From a candidate division WOR-3 bacterium (lineage in GTDB: Bacteria; Hydrothermota; Tepidihabitantia; Tepidihabitantales; Tepidihabitantaceae), in assembly GCA_965649295.1 (NCBI GenBank), contig CBFGKH010000002.1, forward strand, positions 32,001 through 96,000: DNA of 64,000 nucleotides, in the 5' to 3' direction. Positions 59,170 through 64,000 of the stretch are shown piece after piece. The first letter of the stretch is position 1. Each line of letters begins with the position of its first letter. The position numbers were made by a program, and so were the translations under genes. The notes beneath the pieces are model-generated. The model saw only the letters and a list, made by a program, of their open reading frames with translations, ran no database searches and was not told the DNA's origin.

Positions 59170-60234
59170 TTGGCAGCCGAGCCGCTGAACGGCAACGGCA
59201 GCACCGATACCAGTGCAACCCGGCGGGCAATCACGCGCGGGGTGCGTATCTTTGTGCTCTTGGCGGTGGTTGCTGCGGTCCTGGTGATTGCGCTCACTGC
59301 CAGCCGTGAGACATTGGCCGGGTTGACTCGGGTCAAATGGTACTGGCTGGTGGTGACGGTTGTGCTCTGGTTTGCTGCTGCCGGGCTCGATGGTCTGCGC
59401 CTGGCCGTGCTTTCACGGGCCGGTGAGCATCCGTTGACCGCCTTTCAGGCGTTCCAGGTAATCTACATCGGCTACTTCATGGCGGCAGTCACGCCGTTTC
59501 AGGTCGGCGGCCTACCCTTGCAGCTCTACATTATGCACCGTTGGGGCATCAGTCCGGGCAAGGCCTCGGCGATGCTGATTATGCGGGGAATCCTGTTCTA
59601 CGGACTGCTCTTTGCTGTGGCGCCGTTTGTCGCAATTCGGCTCGGGGCTGCCACCGCCCTGCTCAAAGTTCTTGCTGCCTACATTGCCGTGATTATTGCT
59701 GCCGGGACGGTGCTGGTACTTGTCAGTCTGGTATTTCCGGCCAAGCTCGAGGCCTGGCGTGAGCGGCTGGCAGCCAAACCGCATCCCGGTCGGGTCCGAC
59801 GTTGGATTGTCTGGTTATTGGGCGAGCTGCATGGCTTTACCGATGGCTTGCGGCTCTATCTGCGCGGTCGGAATCTTGGGCATCTCGCACTGGCGACAGT
59901 GCTGACCGTTGCCTGCATGAGCTCGCTGTTTGCGATGAGCGCGACACTCTTGGCCGGGCTGGGCGTACATACCGAAGCGTGGCGGGCCATGGGCCTGAAC
60001 CTGCTTCTTTGTTCGGTCATGCTCTTTGTGCCGACGCCGGGCGCAAGCGGCGTGGCCGAGGCCGGCGCCGCCGGACTCTATTCGCTAATCTGTCCGCGCT
60101 ACATGCTCGGCGTCTATGTCGTGCTCTGGCGGCTCTTTAGCTTCTATCTGGGTGCGATTGCCGGCGGCATCGCCACCCTACCCCATCTTTCCCGGCGCAG
60201 TCCAAAACCGTTACCCAACCAGAACCAGAGCTAG
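59170..60234 (+). CDS. Lysylphosphatidylglycerol synthase TM-domain / flippase-like (UPF0104) protein
   Basis: AVTPFQVGG.P, PTPGASGVAE, WRLFSFY. Confidence 0.82.
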   Translation: MAAEPLNGNGSTDTSATRRAITRGVRIFVLLAVVAAVLVIALTASRETLAGLTRVKWYWLVVTVVLWFAAAGLDGLRLAVLSRAGEHPLTAFQAFQVIYIGYFMAAVTPFQVGGLPLQLYIMHRWGISPGKASAMLIMRGILFYGLLFAVAPFVAIRLGAATALLKVLAAYIAVIIAAGTVLVLVSLVFPAKLEAWRERLAAKPHPGRVRRWIVWLLGELHGFTDGLRLYLRGRNLGHLALATVLTVACMSSLFAMSATLLAGLGVHTEAWRAMGLNLLLCSVMLFVPTPGASGVAEAGAAGLYSLICPRYMLGVYVVLWRLFSFYLGAIAGGIATLPHLSRRSPKPLPNQNQS

Positions 60235-62882
60235 GCGCGGCGGCGACTACCCAAGAGTTTGCGCAGTTCGTCAACCAGCAGGATTGAACCAGCCAGGGCG
60301 ACGATGCGCAGCCAGTCGGCCAGGCCGAGCGGGACAGTGCCGAAGACTGCCGGGCCAATAGGCGTGTAGATGACCAGCAGTTGCAGCAAGACCGCAATGA
60401 TGATGCCCGCGGCCAGCGAACGATTGCCAGCAAGACCGATGGTGAATATCGAACGGTCGGCGGAGCGCATGGTCAGGGCCTGAAACCACTGAAACGCGGC
60501 CAGCGTGGTAAAGGCAATGGTGCGGGCGTGGGCAAGTGGGCGTGTCTGCCGGTCGAGTAGGAACTGGATGAATGTTCCGGCGGCCATGGTCAGGGCAAGC
60601 AGGGCAATTCGGCCGAGCATTGGCCTGCTAATCAGCCGTTCCCGGGGCGAGCGCGGCGGCTCGGCGAGCGCGCTGCCGTGGCCGGGTTCAACGCCGAGCG
60701 GAACCGTGCAGGCACCATCGGTCACGAGATTGACCCAGAGCACCATCACCGGCGTCAGCGGTTTGTCTAGCCCAGCAATGATGCAGGCAACAAAGGTCAG
60801 CATCTCACCGAGACTGGTGGCAACGAGATAGGTCACGACGCGACGGATGTTGCGGAAGATGATGCGGCCTTCTTCGATTGCCCGGACAATCGTCGCGAAG
60901 TTATCATCAAGCAGCACCATATCGGCCGCTTCTTTGGCGACCTCAGTGCCTGCCCCACCCATCGCAATGCCGATGTCGGCTGCCTTCAGAGCCGGCGCGT
61001 CATTGACGCCGTCACCAGTCATCGCCACAACCTCACCCTGACGGGTGAGTGCGTTCAGAACTCGCAGTTTGTGAGTCGGGCTGACCCGGGCAAAGACTGA
61101 CACCGAACCCAGTCGCCGGACCAGTTCTTCGTCAGACAACGCGTCGAGCTCGCTGCCGGCGATGACACCGGCGCGGCTGCGGACGATGCCGGTCTGCTGG
61201 CCGATGGCAGCCGCAGTCTGGACGTGGTCACCAGTGAGCATCAGCACCCGAATCCCAGCATTCTGCGCTGCCCGTACTGCCGCCTGAGCCTCGGGTCGCA
61301 GCGGGTCGGCCATTCCCCAAAGTCCAAGCAGTACGAAATCGGAGCCGAGGTTCTCGCCGTCAAGGCGGTCGGTGTCGGGCGCGACTTCCTGCACCGCGGC
61401 TGCCACCACGCGCAAGGCATTGGCGGCGAGCTGCTCGACCGTGTCGCGAATCTCCCAGCAGAGCTCGTCGGTAAGCTCAACTCTCCTGCTGTCCGGGCCG
61501 GCAAGATAGCGGCAGCGGTTGAGAACTCTTTCCGGTGCACCCTTGAGGTAGATGCGTCGGCCCGTGTCCGACCCAACCAGCACAGCCATGAACTTGCGGC
61601 TGCTGGAGAAAGGTATCTCGGCGATGCGCGGCAGCGCGGCCCGGGCCGCGGCGATGTCAATGCCGCAGGTAAGTGCTGCGTTGAGGATTGCCCGTTCGGT
61701 CGGCGTGCCCTCAAGGCGGCCATCCGGGCCGACAATCGTCGCATCGCTGGCAAGTGCACCGGCCAGAAGCAGGTCGCGGACAGGACCAACCGCTTCAACT
61801 GGAACACTCACTTCAGTCCCGGCAACCCAGAGCCGAGTCACGGTCATCTCGTTGCGGGTCAGGGTACCGGTTTTGTCAGTGCAGATGACCGTGGTCGAGC
61901 CAAGCGTCTCGACTGCCGGCAGGCGGCGGATTACCGCGTTACGTTGAGCCATCCGGCGAACACCAAGGGCTAGCGTGACGCTGACCGCAGCCGGTAGGCC
62001 GGCTGGCACCGATGATACTGCGGCGGCGACCGCAAAGAGAAGCATCTCGCCGGTCGGGTAGCCGCGCAACAGACCGAGCGCGAAAAGTACGGCGCCGAGC
62101 GAGACCGCGACGATGCCGAGGGTGGTGCCGAGGTTGTTGATGCGCTGCTGGAGTGGGGTTAGTGGTCGTCGTGTCGCCCGCATCTGGGCGGCGATGCTGC
62201 CGAGCGTCGTCTCCATCCCGGTTGCGACGACGACCGCTGCTGCCCGGCCGCCGGTTACGACGGTCGAGAGCCAGACCATATTCAGTCGGTCAGCAAGCTC
62301 GGTAGCGACAGGGAGGGGTTCTGGATTCTTGGCAACCGGCTCGGACTCGCCGGTCAGGGCTGCTTCGTCCACCTGCAGTTCTTCGGTCCAGAGCAGTCGG
62401 GCATCGGCTGCCACTCGGTCGCCGGTCGCGAGTTGGAGGATATCGCCGGGGACGACTTCGGTTGCCGGAATCAGAAGTGATTGGCCGGCACGGAGGACCC
62501 GGGCGCGGGGCGCAGCCAGCTTTTCGAGCGCGGCGAGGGCCTGTTCTGCTCGCCACTCCGATACGACACCCAGCGTAGTGTTGAGTACAACGACCACGGC
62601 AATTGCCGCGGCGTCAACCAGGTTGCCGCTGAGTAGTGATGCGGCGGCAGCAGCGAGCAGGACATAGCTGACCGGATTGTTGATGTGGTGCAGGGCCAGC
62701 CGAATAATGCTCGGTCGTTCTTCGGCAACAAGCTGATTGGGGCCGTGGCGGATGAGGAGTTCGGCTGCTACTGTCGGGTCGAGTCCTTGCGGGTTGGACT
62801 GGAGCCGGGCCAGCACGTCGTCGGCCGCGAGTGAGTGCCAGGGAGTAGGCTTGGTCTCATTCCGTGGCACTGGCTGGCTCAT
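60231..62882 (-). CDS. P-type (type II, Ca2+-ATPase-like) cation-transporting ATPase with atypical TM4 motif
   Basis: TGES, DKTGTLT, KGAPE, TGD, GDGVNDAPALK, WVNLVTD. TM4 reads PAGLP. Confidence 0.93.
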   Translation of the reverse strand: MSQPVPRNETKPTPWHSLAADDVLARLQSNPQGLDPTVAAELLIRHGPNQLVAEERPSIIRLALHHINNPVSYVLLAAAAASLLSGNLVDAAAIAVVVVLNTTLGVVSEWRAEQALAALEKLAAPRARVLRAGQSLLIPATEVVPGDILQLATGDRVAADARLLWTEELQVDEAALTGESEPVAKNPEPLPVATELADRLNMVWLSTVVTGGRAAAVVVATGMETTLGSIAAQMRATRRPLTPLQQRINNLGTTLGIVAVSLGAVLFALGLLRGYPTGEMLLFAVAAAVSSVPAGLPAAVSVTLALGVRRMAQRNAVIRRLPAVETLGSTTVICTDKTGTLTRNEMTVTRLWVAGTEVSVPVEAVGPVRDLLLAGALASDATIVGPDGRLEGTPTERAILNAALTCGIDIAAARAALPRIAEIPFSSSRKFMAVLVGSDTGRRIYLKGAPERVLNRCRYLAGPDSRRVELTDELCWEIRDTVEQLAANALRVVAAAVQEVAPDTDRLDGENLGSDFVLLGLWGMADPLRPEAQAAVRAAQNAGIRVLMLTGDHVQTAAAIGQQTGIVRSRAGVIAGSELDALSDEELVRRLGSVSVFARVSPTHKLRVLNALTRQGEVVAMTGDGVNDAPALKAADIGIAMGGAGTEVAKEAADMVLLDDNFATIVRAIEEGRIIFRNIRRVVTYLVATSLGEMLTFVACIIAGLDKPLTPVMVLWVNLVTDGACTVPLGVEPGHGSALAEPPRSPRERLISRPMLGRIALLALTMAAGTFIQFLLDRQTRPLAHARTIAFTTLAAFQWFQALTMRSADRSIFTIGLAGNRSLAAGIIIAVLLQLLVIYTPIGPAVFGTVPLGLADWLRIVALAGSILLVDELRKLLGSRRRA

Positions 62883-62930
62883 GCCAGAGCATATTTGCCT
62901 TGATTAGCAAGGTCAAACCAGGGCGGTTGG

Positions 62931-64000
62931 CTAACGGCCCAACGGCCAAACCCGGAGTACCAGCAAGACAGTAGTAACCGTGGCGATAACACTCAAGGGC
63001 AGACCGCTTGGCCAGTAGTCGCCGAATCGGTATCCGCCCGGGCCGAGTACGAGCGTGTTCGACTGGTGGCCGATCGGGGTCAAGAAGGCACAGGAGGCGC
63101 TAACCGCGACGGTCATCAGGAATGGGTCGGGCGAGGCGCCGAACCCGATGGCAAGGTCGTAGGCGACCGGTGCCATCAATAGCGCAGCAGCCGCATTGTT
63201 GATGACGTTCGAGAGTAGCATCGTGGCGACAAAGAGTAGGGCGAGGGTTGCGGTTGGCGGCCAGGAGTGGCCGAGTACGAGCAGGCCGTGGGCAAGCAGC
63301 CGCGCCGCGCCACTGGTTTCGAGCGCTTGGCTCAGCGGAATCAGCGCCCCCAGCAGAACGATGACCGACCAATCAACCGCGTTGTACACCTCGCGTGGCG
63401 GCACGATGCCGGCGAGCACGTTCAATGCAGCAGCCAGCATCAGCGCGACAGCCGGCGAGAGCAAGCCGGTGAGGATGGCGACCAGGGCAGCGACAAAGAT
63501 AGCCAGGGCTAGAGTCAGGCGGCGCGGCTGGCCGACAGACAGACCGCGACTGACAAGCGGCAGGCAGCCGAGCTCGACTAAGCTGTCGGCTATCATTGCC
63601 TGGTCGCCCTGGAGTAGCAGGACGTCGCCGGCCTCGAACCGAATTTGACTAAGGCGTTGGTTCAGGCGGGAGCCGTCGCGGGCGACTGCCAGTAGATTGA
63701 GGCCGTGGCGGTCGAGTAAGGCCAGGTCGCCCGCAGTGCGGCCGACAAGTTGCGAGCCAGGTCGGACAACCGCCTCGGCGATATCGATGCCGGCGATATC
63801 GCTCAGCTTGCCGGTGAATCGTCTGCTTCCAATCTGTAGTCCGGTTCGCGCAACGAGGTCCTGCAGTTCCTCTGGTTCGGTCTCGACCAGCAGGGTGTCG
63901 CCTGGCATCAGGCGATCGTTGAAGGTGTGGGGCGGTTGATTGATGCCGTTACGCACGATCGCGACCAACGGCACTGGTTCACCGTAGGCTTGCCGTAGCT
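62931..64000 (-). CDS. SLC13/DASS permease with TrkA-C domains (5'-partial)
   Basis: TrkA-C repeats (GD.LL), SNVINNAA, FLTPIGHQSNTLV.GPGGYRFGDY. Frame is open to the window end. Confidence 0.9.
   Translation of the reverse strand, partial: LRQAYGEPVPLVAIVRNGINQPPHTFNDRLMPGDTLLVETEPEELQDLVARTGLQIGSRRFTGKLSDIAGIDIAEAVVRPGSQLVGRTAGDLALLDRHGLNLLAVARDGSRLNQRLSQIRFEAGDVLLLQGDQAMIADSLVELGCLPLVSRGLSVGQPRRLTLALAIFVAALVAILTGLLSPAVALMLAAALNVLAGIVPPREVYNAVDWSVIVLLGALIPLSQALETSGAARLLAHGLLVLGHSWPPTATLALLFVATMLLSNVINNAAAALLMAPVAYDLAIGFGASPDPFLMTVAVSASCAFLTPIGHQSNTLVLGPGGYRFGDYWPSGLPLSVIATVTTVLLVLRVWPLGR

Noticed and set aside
1..64000. Genome-wide TAG reassignment (pyrrolysine or code 15)
   Set aside because: Many conserved genes end at TAG at their canonical C-termini (TonB-dependent receptor Phe, ArgS Met, carboxyltransferase NIPL).

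Overview
This 64 kb window is GC-rich bacterial chromosome from a diderm anaerobe. The Kelch/T9SS-type secreted proteins and overall gene style suggest candidate phylum WOR-3 or an FCB relative (inference only). Most of it is housekeeping and metabolic: a 5'-truncated HdrA-like flavoprotein; rpmH-rnpA-yidD-yidC-jag-mnmE; argS; a methylmalonyl-CoA carboxyltransferase/mutase/epimerase cluster; a lipid-linked (GT-C/GT2) glycosylation cluster; a UvrD-family helicase; tRNA-Met; ilvE-rpiB; mscL; a serpin; rpmA; split fumarase plus an anchorless fumarate-reductase-like pair; a decaying lipoprotein islet; and a P-type ATPase. The most notable signals follow. (1) A Cys-rich exported upstream ORF ending in RSPP, whose Ser-Pro-Pro-Ser codons are complementary to the Shine-Dalgarno of a downstream Cys-motif TonB-dependent receptor. 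This is a candidate metal-sensing ribosome-arrest switch like CruR/DUF2946. (2) An Ile/Leu/Val-rich leader peptide with a hairpin between tRNA-Met and ilvE. (3) A secreted tailspike-like fibre gene paired with a Kelch/T9SS-CTD partner. (4) Frequent leaderless promoters. (5) A dispersed heptamer repeat that also sits in frame inside genes. (6) In-frame stop codons in three genes. (7) A P-type ATPase with PAGL in place of PEGL. No CRISPR array, rRNA, integrase or transposase was seen. All family calls come from recognising motifs by eye; no database search was run.
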